Counted from the stretch's first letter, positions 7,311 to 14,341 are shown. The stretch: 14,429 nt of DNA from Deinococcales bacterium (GCA_043778225.1 JAYWGM010000088.1:1-14429); one strand, 5' to 3'. Numbers and translations are program-made. Notes: generated by a model not told the origin, from the letters alone.

Positions 7311-8237
7311 ATGCCGATTCGAGCTTATACCCCGTCCGATGCAACAGCTTTGATCACACTCTTGCAGCGCCAAAATAACAACATTATCACACTCGAGTCT
7401 TTTACCCAAACCGAAGCCCAACATGATTCAAGCACTGCGCTTTGGCGTGTGCTGCTCGAGGAAAATACTGTTATTGTTGGTTGTGCTGAACTGAGTATGC
7501 GCCCTTCGACTCCGGTGGGTTGGCGGGACTTAAAAATTGTTGTTGCAAAAAATGCCGAAGGTCAGGGATTTGGTCAGCGCTTACTCGAAGAAGCCCTAGC
7601 CCAAGCTGCAAAACTGCGTTTAATCGGCTTTGAAACTTCGGTGCGTGATAACAATCATCCTAGTCGAAGATGGCTCGAGAAACGTGGTTTTGAATTTGAT
7701 TTCCACCGCTTTGAAAGCGAACTAAACCTGCAAGAATTTCAAGCATCACAGTTTACCAATGCAGTCACTCGAGCCGAAAGCCAAGGTATTAGCTTTGCAA
7801 CTCGAGCTGATTTTCTGAATGACTCTGGTTTACGTGGCTTGCACACACTGGATAATCAGTTGTTTTTAGATACACCCGACGCACCAGGACGCACCCCTCT
7901 CAGTTTTGAGCGTTTCCAGAAATTGATTGCAGAAAATCCACAAGTTACGCCCGAATCAATCATTCTTGCCGTAAGCGGTAACACGTTTATTGGCATGACG
8001 ATCATGCTCCGAGAAGACAAAGCATTTTACACAGGCATGACAGGGGTGACTCGAGAACACCGTGGGAAAGGCATTGCTTTAGCCTTAAAAGTGCTTGGGA
8101 TACACTACGCCATTCAACAAGGAGCGGTTAAAATGACAACCCATAATCACTCGAGGAACGCGCCAATGATAGCGGTCAATCAAAAACTGGGTTATCAGCA
8201 ACGCAGCGGACTTTGGGTTTTGAAACGCCAATTATGA
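7311..8237 (+). CDS. Tandem (two-domain) GNAT acetyltransferase (308 aa), probably leaderless
   Basis: Two acetyl-CoA motifs (V....EGQGFG and TGVTREHRGKGIA), plus T.N...NAPM..VN.KLGY. TACAAT lies 6 nt before the ATG at 7311. Confidence 0.9.
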   Translation: MPIRAYTPSDATALITLLQRQNNNIITLESFTQTEAQHDSSTALWRVLLEENTVIVGCAELSMRPSTPVGWRDLKIVVAKNAEGQGFGQRLLEEALAQAAKLRLIGFETSVRDNNHPSRRWLEKRGFEFDFHRFESELNLQEFQASQFTNAVTRAESQGISFATRADFLNDSGLRGLHTLDNQLFLDTPDAPGRTPLSFERFQKLIAENPQVTPESIILAVSGNTFIGMTIMLREDKAFYTGMTGVTREHRGKGIALALKVLGIHYAIQQGAVKMTTHNHSRNAPMIAVNQKLGYQQRSGLWVLKRQL

Positions 8238-8681
8238 AATAGCCATTTGCCGAATTGCACCAAGATGATAAGCCGCGTGAGCCACGAGAGAAATACCAAC
8301 CGTGGTCATCATTGGGTTATTTGGGTCAAAACCATTGGGCAATTGGGTAATCAGCCTTTCGTACTCGAGCCGCAAATGGCTTTTAAGTTCTGTCCATTCT
8401 TCGACAGTCACACTTTGTACTTCCCAGCTTTCGACCCAATTTCTCGAGGCTGGCTGACCGCGCATTAAAGCATTCGACATCGCCAAACTCCAACGCAAAT
8501 GATTGGTATGTGCCGCTATGCTCGAGTGACCTATTTTTCTCGAGGCATCCTCGGCACTTATTTTTTCGAGGGTGGCAAATAAGCCGCTATCTGCGCCGTG
8601 GTCAGAAAACCAAGATTGGGTTTGTGTACCCGTGTATGCCTCTGCCAGTAAGGTTTTGATGCTCTCCAAAAAGTGATTCAT
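8232..8681 (-). CDS. DinB/YfiT-family protein (149 aa)
   Basis: SIAAHTNHL and AHAAYHLGAIRQ His motifs. TATAAT lies 9 nt before the ATG at 8681. Confidence 0.88.
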   Translation of the reverse strand: MNHFLESIKTLLAEAYTGTQTQSWFSDHGADSGLFATLEKISAEDASRKIGHSSIAAHTNHLRWSLAMSNALMRGQPASRNWVESWEVQSVTVEEWTELKSHLRLEYERLITQLPNGFDPNNPMMTTVGISLVAHAAYHLGAIRQMAIS

Positions 8682-8704
8682 ATGACCCAAATTATAAACC
8701 AAAT

Positions 8705-8725
8705 TTACGTCATGTTCTGACGTAA
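8705..8725 (-). promoter_or_regulatory. Palindromic operator TTACGTCA-N5-TGACGTAA at the -35 position of the DinB promoter
   Basis: Perfect 8-bp inverted repeat (8705-8712 / 8718-8725), 8 nt upstream of the TATAAT box (8696-8691). Confidence 0.7.
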
Positions 8726-8781
8726 TTAAATTTCAAAATGTTTTGTATAAAAAAAGCAACCCTCGAGTTTCTCGAGAAGTG

Positions 8782-8816
8782 GCAAGTAAAAAACTTTGGT
8801 CAAAAAGACCAAAGTT
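8782..8816 (-). terminator. Rho-independent terminator of the 8838-9425 gene (also direct-repeat copy 2)
   Basis: 10-bp stem AACTTTGGTC (8792-8801) / GACCAAAGTT (8807-8816) running into a T tract on the minus strand, 21 nt after the stop codon. Confidence 0.75.
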
Positions 8817-8837
8817 AAGTGCTAAACAAGAAGCTTC

Positions 8838-9425
8838 TTAGCGTTTGACCAGTGGGAATTCAAAAATCCGTGTCGGACGATTCTGCTCAAGATTCATATT
8901 TTCGGTGCGAAAACCTGTGAATAGCTGGTTCTGCTCGAGTTTAAGAATATCGTATTCTTGAGTGTAATCTTTGACTGTAGCAATTCCAAATGCCATGCAG
9001 CCAGTGATACTAACATCGCGTTCGGTGTTGATTGGTAATGTTGCATTACCGCACCCAGTTTGGTTTAAGACGGCTTGAATATCGGGTACATGAGCCGTGA
9101 TAAATTTTGCAGTTTGACCCCATGTAACTTTCAAAGTGTTAGGGCTGAAAATTTCGCCTAAAGTGTACGGTCCAACAATTTTATTGGTGAACAACTGCAC
9201 GTTACAAGCAGGGTCAGCGAAAATCGTGTACTTGAGTTGCCAAGTGTTGGTCGTGAATACAAAATTACGTTTAATGAAGGCGGTTTCAGCCCCTGCCACA
9301 AATGTTTCGCAACCCTTACTATCCCACGTACCAACCAAATCGGTATTCTTAAACAAATTTTGTTGTGCCGAAACGTGAAAAGCAGCCAAACCAGCAATAA
9401 TCGAAGCGAGAATAATTTTTTTCAT
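8838..9425 (-). CDS. Secreted APCDD1-domain-like protein (195 aa)
   Basis: Signal peptide and AAGGAG ribosome-binding site. Ordered motifs G.W.S..CE, F..R.F.F....W...Y..F.DP.C, G.Y..G, LN...CG, DV...GC...G, EY.I.K.EQ, LF.G.R and PL match the APCDD1 repeat as I recall it. Confidence 0.75.
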   Translation of the reverse strand: MKKIILASIIAGLAAFHVSAQQNLFKNTDLVGTWDSKGCETFVAGAETAFIKRNFVFTTNTWQLKYTIFADPACNVQLFTNKIVGPYTLGEIFSPNTLKVTWGQTAKFITAHVPDIQAVLNQTGCGNATLPINTERDVSITGCMAFGIATVKDYTQEYDILKLEQNQLFTGFRTENMNLEQNRPTRIFEFPLVKR

Positions 9426-9500
9426 GAGAACTCCTTTTTGGCAATATCATGCCGTCTCGAGGCGTACAGCCCTCGAAGTGAGGATGAGGTTTCTAATGGT

Positions 9501-9534
9501 CTTGCTCGAGAAAAACTATTTTGACTCGAGCAAG
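9501..9534 (-). terminator. Stem-loop downstream of the VOC gene, built on paired CTCGAG sites
   Basis: CTTGCTCGAG (9501-9510) / CTCGAGCAAG (9525-9534), 10 nt after the stop codon. No clear T tract. Confidence 0.5.
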
Positions 9535-9544
9535 TAAGGCTGAC

Positions 9545-9940
9545 TTAGCGCGGGGCAGGTTGTAAAACGCTAATCAAATTTCCGTATAAGTCTTTTAGAT
9601 AAAATTGCCGACCCCAAGGCATATTTTCTGGTTCGCCTAGCAGTTCTACACCTTTAGACTTAAAATCTGCGTGGGTTTGGTCGGCATTTTCGGTATTCAA
9701 AACCAGTAACGCGGTATCGCCAGCTTGTTTTCCAACGGCATTTTTTTGCGATTCGGAACTTGCCACATCGAGACTGATTTCTGGGTAATCCACACCAACT
9801 GGTGCAACTGTGACCCAACGTTGTTCGGGGGTGAAGGGAACATCCATGCGTAACTCGAGTCCAAGGGATTCTTGGTAGAACTTCAGGGCTTGGTCTTGAT
9901 TGCTGACGAGAACTGTGATGTATGCGTATCCGTTTAACAT
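9545..9940 (-). CDS. VOC/glyoxalase family protein
   Basis: V..QD.AL.FY...LG, RWVTVAP and PWGR.F...D.YGN. AAGGAG ribosome-binding site. Confidence 0.92.
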   Translation of the reverse strand: MLNGYAYITVLVSNQDQALKFYQESLGLELRMDVPFTPEQRWVTVAPVGVDYPEISLDVASSESQKNAVGKQAGDTALLVLNTENADQTHADFKSKGVELLGEPENMPWGRQFYLKDLYGNLISVLQPAPR

Positions 9941-10007
9941 GGTGTTGCTCCTTTTTGCGCTTTGTTTGGCGCTTGAGAAAACTATAATCGAGTCGGATAC
10001 ATGGGCG

Positions 10008-10022
10008 CTTATCCGAAATTGC
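10008..10022 (-). promoter_or_regulatory. Candidate AraC-family activator site for the VOC gene
   Basis: GCAATTTCGGATAAG lies 21 nt upstream of a TATAGT -10 box (9986-9981). It shares GCAA-N3-CG-N-A-N-AAG with 11626-11640. Confidence 0.45.
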
Positions 10023-10033
10023 TAAATTTGAAT

Positions 10034-10933
10034 TCAGACTCGAGCAGCCACACGGTACTGGGTTGGCGCAACCCGAAAACGGGCTTTGAAACTCCTCGAG
10101 AATGTTCCAAGGCTATCAAAGCCCAAATCAAAACAAATGTCAGTCACGTCCTTATCGGTGTCTGTCAACCATTTTTTAGCCAACTCGAGGCGCTTATGGG
10201 TCACAAATTGATAGGGTGTAATTTCAAAAGTCTGCTTAAAAAGCCGTAGAAAATGATGTGGCGATAAATTCACCACATCGGCAATACCAAATAAATTCAG
10301 ATTCTCGAGGTACGAGGCTTCAATAAAATCTCGAGCCACGTGTAAGCGCTTAAATAATTCTTCGCGGGTGCTGCGTTTGGCGGCTGGCAAACGCTCAATT
10401 TCGGCTTCCAGATTACGATGCAGCACCAGTAAATGCTCAATAATCGGATGCAATGCCTGCTCGAGTGGGTCTTGGGTCACTTCTGCCCAAATAAACGCCC
10501 GTAAAAAACCCATGAACTGCGACAAGCGCGTATCTCGAGGGTAGGTGCGTTCATAAAACTCGAGTGGCAAACGCAAATCTGGATTATCCAATTGCTTTTC
10601 TGGCGGCAATGCAGCCGCGCTGTAGACATCCGCGCCAAGTCCAGTCCGAAAGCGAATCGATAGAACCTCGGTGTTATCTTCAATGCGGTGAGCGTGACGT
10701 TGATGGTCGTTGAGAATCAAATACCGGTCTGGTGTGACCGCAAACCGAGCGCGTCCAACTTCGTGCAACTCGAGTCCAGAAAAAACACTGTACAAAGATA
10801 AAGACGTACTGTGAATCGGGATTTGCTGCTCATTGCCTTTGGCATGAATCAAAACATTCATCCAACCCCGAGGATTAGGTGCGTCTAAACTGCGTCCGAT
10901 GGTGGTTAAGGCGGCGTAATCAGTCAAGAACAC
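10034..10933 (-). CDS. AraC-family transcriptional regulator
   Basis: C-terminal double HTH (LSPHHFLRLFKQTF..TPYQF, GFDSLGTFSRSFK). TACAAT lies 5 nt before the GTG start. Confidence 0.93.
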   Translation of the reverse strand: MFLTDYAALTTIGRSLDAPNPRGWMNVLIHAKGNEQQIPIHSTSLSLYSVFSGLELHEVGRARFAVTPDRYLILNDHQRHAHRIEDNTEVLSIRFRTGLGADVYSAAALPPEKQLDNPDLRLPLEFYERTYPRDTRLSQFMGFLRAFIWAEVTQDPLEQALHPIIEHLLVLHRNLEAEIERLPAAKRSTREELFKRLHVARDFIEASYLENLNLFGIADVVNLSPHHFLRLFKQTFEITPYQFVTHKRLELAKKWLTDTDKDVTDICFDLGFDSLGTFSRSFKARFRVAPTQYRVAARV

Positions 10934-10954
10934 ACCTGATTGTACCTCGAGAAG

Positions 10955-11566
10955 CTACTCGGTTACAGCCAGCCGCACACCAAGTACCGCAAAAATAAGC
11001 GCAAATGAACGCCGTAACCACAAAATAACCTTGGGCGACTGAATCACATATTGCCGCACAGCGCTTGCCAGAATACCGTAGATCACAAAGATAACCAGTG
11101 TAATCAGCATAAAAACAGCACTTAAAAATAGCATCTCGAGAATCGGTGAATCAGAAGCTCGAGGAATAAAAAGTGGTAAGAACGCCAAGAAGAAAATCGT
11201 TAATTTAGGATTAAGGATATTCAGTAAAAATGCCCTTAAAGCAATCTGCCAAGGGCTTTTGCTCGAGCCAGCCGAATTAAACGTGAGTGCATTATTATCG
11301 CGCCACATTTGCCAAGCCAAGTAGAGTAAGTACGCTGCTCCAACAAATTTAAGCCCCTGAAAAACCACCGCACTGATGTGCAGCACCAATGTAAGCCCCA
11401 GAATACTCGCCAGTAAATGCGGCAAAATACCAAGTGTGCAACCAATCGCAGCCGCAATACTGGCACGCCAACCCAGAAAAATACCAGTCGAAATCGTGTA
11501 AATCGCACCAGTCCCCGGAATCAAAACCACAATCAAAGACGTAAGTAAAAATTCGGCATTCAACAC
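10955..11566 (-). CDS. LysE/RhtB-family exporter
   Basis: IPGTG, GAAYLLYLA and NILNPK..IFFLAFLP motifs. AGGAGG ribosome-binding site before the GTG. Confidence 0.93.
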   Translation of the reverse strand: MLNAEFLLTSLIVVLIPGTGAIYTISTGIFLGWRASIAAAIGCTLGILPHLLASILGLTLVLHISAVVFQGLKFVGAAYLLYLAWQMWRDNNALTFNSAGSSKSPWQIALRAFLLNILNPKLTIFFLAFLPLFIPRASDSPILEMLFLSAVFMLITLVIFVIYGILASAVRQYVIQSPKVILWLRRSFALIFAVLGVRLAVTE

Positions 11567-11602
11567 AAAAAGCCTCCTGCTCGAGCCTCGAGCAACAAAA
11601 GC

Positions 11603-12454
11603 CTACTGCGACAAACGCTGCGCGTCTTGTACGCTCTTGCGGTACTGAGCGGGCGTAACAGCCCAAAGTCGTTTGAACCAGCGCGTTAAATGGCTCTGGT
11701 CGGCAAAACCACACGCCAAGGCAACACTGGCAATATCTTGTTCCTCGAGTAACAATTTTTTAGCATTCTTGACCCGAATCTGACGCAAAAACGCATGAGG
11801 TGCAATACCAACGGCTTTTGTAAACACATGAACCAAATGGAAACGATTCAAGCCAGTTACTCGAGAAAGCGCAGCCAGCGAAACATCCTCGGAAAAATTT
11901 GCCTCGAGAAACTGTTTAATCTGTGTCACGGCTCGAGGTTCGCGCCCGAATTTCTGGGGTCGCACCGTTGCATCCCCGTAACGCCCTATAAAACGCGCCA
12001 AAACATTTTGTAACACGGTTTCAGACTCGAGCAGCGAAGTAGCAGGATTCTCGAGCAACCGATGCACATTCAGGAGTTCCAACGCCACAGCATCATCGGA
12101 AATCACACCCGACTGAAAAAACGGCAATCCCCGAGAAAACCCAGCCATATCCGAAACGATATTCTCCAAGAATTCTGGCTCGAGATAAAACATTCGGTAG
12201 CCCCAACCCTTGAGCGTCGCAGGTTGACCAGTGTGCGGTTCATCAGGAATACACAAGTTAATCTGCCCTCGAGTCGCAACGACATTTTCACCACGGTAAT
12301 AAAAACCAAGAGCGCCATGTTCAATCACACCAATCGCATACTGCTCATGCGTATGCAAAGGAAACGACTGCGTGAGATGCTGACCACGCAGCAATTCCAC
12401 GTTATGAAGCCTTGGAATATGCCAGATTTTAGAGATGGACTGAGCGGGAAGCAT
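11603..12454 (-). CDS. AraC-family transcriptional regulator with cupin-like ligand-binding domain
   Basis: FPLHTHEQY, P.EPHTG and GFADQSHLTRWFKR. TATTAT lies 7 nt before the ATG. Confidence 0.93.
   Translation of the reverse strand: MLPAQSISKIWHIPRLHNVELLRGQHLTQSFPLHTHEQYAIGVIEHGALGFYYRGENVVATRGQINLCIPDEPHTGQPATLKGWGYRMFYLEPEFLENIVSDMAGFSRGLPFFQSGVISDDAVALELLNVHRLLENPATSLLESETVLQNVLARFIGRYGDATVRPQKFGREPRAVTQIKQFLEANFSEDVSLAALSRVTGLNRFHLVHVFTKAVGIAPHAFLRQIRVKNAKKLLLEEQDIASVALACGFADQSHLTRWFKRLWAVTPAQYRKSVQDAQRLSQ
11626..11640 (-). promoter_or_regulatory. Candidate AraC-family activator site for lysE, inside the last codons of the regulator gene
   Basis: GCAAGAGCGTACAAG lies 20 nt upstream of TAGGCT (11605-11600), whose TAG is the regulator's stop codon. 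Confidence 0.45.
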
Positions 12455-12478
12455 TGCGGTAATAATACAAAAATTTTC

Positions 12479-12763
12479 TCAAGCCAACTCGAGCCTAACT
12501 TCACGCCCAAGCCTAGCCTCGAGTGTAATCAGCATTTCTAAACTAAATTTATCATGCTTACCACGCATTAAATCAGAAACTCGAGATTGGGCAATGCCAA
12601 GTTGTTCAACAGCTTGGGCTTGGGTTAATTGCTTGGCGTTAATAAAACCACGTAAATCATTGATAAGTTTAGAGCGCAATTGCAAAATTGCAGCCTCGGC
12701 AGGGTCAAAACCCAAGTCTGTAAACACATTCCCACTGGATTCAATAATTGGTTCTTGCATCAT
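12479..12763 (-). CDS. HigA-like XRE/HTH antitoxin
   Basis: SSGNVF.DLGF, LTQ.QA...LGI.Q.RVSDL.RGK..KFSL..L. GGAGG ribosome-binding site. The start overlaps the reconstructed toxin stop. Confidence 0.9.
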   Translation of the reverse strand: MMQEPIIESSGNVFTDLGFDPAEAAILQLRSKLINDLRGFINAKQLTQAQAVEQLGIAQSRVSDLMRGKHDKFSLEMLITLEARLGREVRLELA

Positions 12764-13065
12764 TGTCCTCCTATTTGACGATAACGCCGTCTTGCCAATT
12801 CAATGTCTTCTCGAGCCGTTTGCTGGGTTTTCTTTTGGAAAGCGTGCAGCACAAAATAGCCGTCTCGAGTTTTGCCACATAAATAATTCGCCATTCACCA
12901 AAGATATGAATACGGATTTCACCCACTCCTGAGTCAATATCAGACATTGGCTTCCAGTCGCTAGGGTCAAAGCCACGTTGCATCAAACCCTGCTTGTCGC
13001 TTTACTTCAGCAAGAAAATCCCGTAAGGCATCAAGGCTCGAGCCTACAAACTGGAGCGGCTTCAC
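12760..13065 (-). pseudogene. HigB/Gp49-like RelE-family toxin inactivated by two frameshifts
   Basis: Three segments separated by two frameshifts: MKPLQFVGSSLDALRDFLAEVKRQAGFD / QRGFDPSDWKPMSDIDSGVGEIRIHIFGEWRIIYVAKLETAI / VLHAFQKKTQQTAREDIELARRRYRQIGGQ*. Breaks near 12981 and 12853. Confidence 0.88.
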
Positions 13066-13073
13066 AAGTGCCA

Positions 13074-13097
13074 ATATATCAAAAAAAATTGATAAAT
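13074..13097 (-). promoter_or_regulatory. Candidate antitoxin operator overlapping the TATATT -10 box of the TA operon
   Basis: Inverted repeat TATCAA (13077-13082) / TTGATA (13089-13094). TATATT at 13078-13073 lies 7 nt before the GTG. Confidence 0.55.
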
Positions 13098-13340
13098 ACT
13101 CGAGACCAATGGCTCGAGAACCTATGTTTTCTGGAATATGGGTATGTTAGTGCCAAGTTGCATCGTCAGACAACTGCTCGAGCAAACGCTGGGCTTGTTC
13201 ACGAATCAGGGTTTTCATGCGATTAAGGATACAGCTTGGGCTTAAAAGTATCAAGAAAATGCTGTGGCTCGAGCTTATGGCTATAGATTTGGGCAAAGCC
13301 TAGCCTACACTTTTGAACGAGTTGACGTACAACACGTTCA

Positions 13341-13784
13341 CTACTTCCAGATTTTCATGACTTGCCGCAAACATATTATCTTTCCCAAATGATATGCCGT
13401 GTGAACTGCCAGAAACTCCAAGGCATCGCGCCACCTTGAATGCGGATACTCTGGTTCTTGTGAATTTAACCAGTTCTCGTCCTTGGCTAGTTCTACAGCT
13501 CGCTTAGAGTATGTCAGGAACATCAAAACAAGGTCATCCCATTCCTGCTGATTGGCTGGTGCAGAAGATTGAGGAAAATGCTCTTCATACGACCAGCGCT
13601 CCAAAGCTGCTCTGCCCTCATCCAAACTAATTTTTAGAACCATAGCTGTGTGCCAGAGTTCTTGATAGATACTATGGGGAACTTCGTTGGGACGCGCCCT
13701 TACTTGTTCAAGGGTCAGTCCCGTAAAAATGGATTCACGTGGCGCAAATCCTCCTGTGAGCAGCAAATCATCCCAATCATTCAT
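13341..13784 (-). CDS. DinB-family protein (147 aa)
   Basis: PHSIYQELWH and AVHTAYHLGKI..LRQ motifs. Confidence 0.88.
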   Translation of the reverse strand: MNDWDDLLLTGGFAPRESIFTGLTLEQVRARPNEVPHSIYQELWHTAMVLKISLDEGRAALERWSYEEHFPQSSAPANQQEWDDLVLMFLTYSKRAVELAKDENWLNSQEPEYPHSRWRDALEFLAVHTAYHLGKIICLRQVMKIWK

Positions 13785-13914
13785 GGTTTTTTCCCCAGTA
13801 GTGTTTAGAAATCGTGTTTGTAGGTTGGCTTGGTATCCTAATCAATCATATCACTGACTACAAAAATTGTATTCATTTTCTATGAACTAAAACTCGAGCC
13901 TAGCAGTGTACAGA

Positions 13915-13937
13915 ATGGGCTTTGCCCATCTTTTTTT
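13915..13937 (+). terminator. Plus-strand intrinsic terminator with no evident plus-strand gene upstream
   Basis: ATGGGC-TTT-GCCCAT-C-TTTTTTT. A second hairpin GCCTCGAGC (13938-13946) / GCTCGAGGC (13957-13965) follows. Confidence 0.6.
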
Positions 13938-13978
13938 GCCTCGAGCCACAGCCTTTGCTCGAGGCTTTAATTTCGTAT

Positions 13979-14248
13979 TCAGATGCTAATCGCTGCCCTA
14001 AGGATGGCATCATTACCACCGTATTGCTTCACGGCTTTCTCAAAATCCTGACGATTGGTTTCTCGAGCCAAATTGTCCTTGTCAAACATAATTAGACCAA
14101 AGAAACTAAAATCGGCTACAAAACGCTGGGTGCTGATTTGAAAGGCTTTGACGGTAGCGTGTTGCTGGTCACGCAGGATCATCACAGGGGTTTTTCCGTA
14201 GAAATAGTATTCTACTTTTGGCGCAGTCAGTTCTTTTTGTTTACGCAT
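13979..14248 (-). CDS. Hypothetical protein (89 aa), possible immunity/antitoxin protein
   Basis: Intact ORF whose ATG overlaps an upstream stop (TAATG) and is preceded by GGTGGTGAG. Function is inferred only. Confidence 0.7.
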   Translation of the reverse strand: MRKQKELTAPKVEYYFYGKTPVMILRDQQHATVKAFQISTQRFVADFSFFGLIMFDKDNLARETNRQDFEKAVKQYGGNDAILRAAISI

Positions 14249-14340
14249 TACCGCTCACCACCTTCTAGCACAAGCATTTCTTGCCATGCCTGAGTGTACA
14301 TGGTTTTTGAAACATTGACCAGTGTTTCTAATAACTGATA
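14248..14340 (-). pseudogene. 3' remnant of a gene translationally coupled to the 89-aa ORF
   Basis: YQLLETLVNVSKTMYTQAWQEMLVLEGGER* ends at TAA 14250-14248. Upstream, the frame hits stops at 14382 and 14394 inside the structured element. Confidence 0.55.
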
Positions 14341-14341
14341 C

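Larger units (their letters stand above)
111..14067. repeat. Highly iterated palindrome CTCGAG dispersed through the window
   Basis: About 100 exact copies by hand count (first at 111, last at 14062), in coding and intergenic DNA. About 3.5 are expected for a random hexamer in 14.4 kb. Confidence 0.95.

Noticed and set aside
8705..8725. DdrO radiation/desiccation response motif (RDRM)
   Set aside because: The half-sites look similar, but the palindrome is 21 bp rather than 17 bp.
1006..12932. Numerous antisense or out-of-frame ORFs (e.g. 1137-1541, 3300-3719, 4964-5341, 12062-12541)
   Set aside because: They are shadows of well-supported genes and show no recognisable motifs.
12978..13340. 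ORF 12978-13226 and possible gene fragments (RQLLEQTLGLFTNQGFHA, weakly TetR-like)
   Set aside because: The ORF is antisense to the toxin pseudogene, and the fragments are too short and interrupted to assign.
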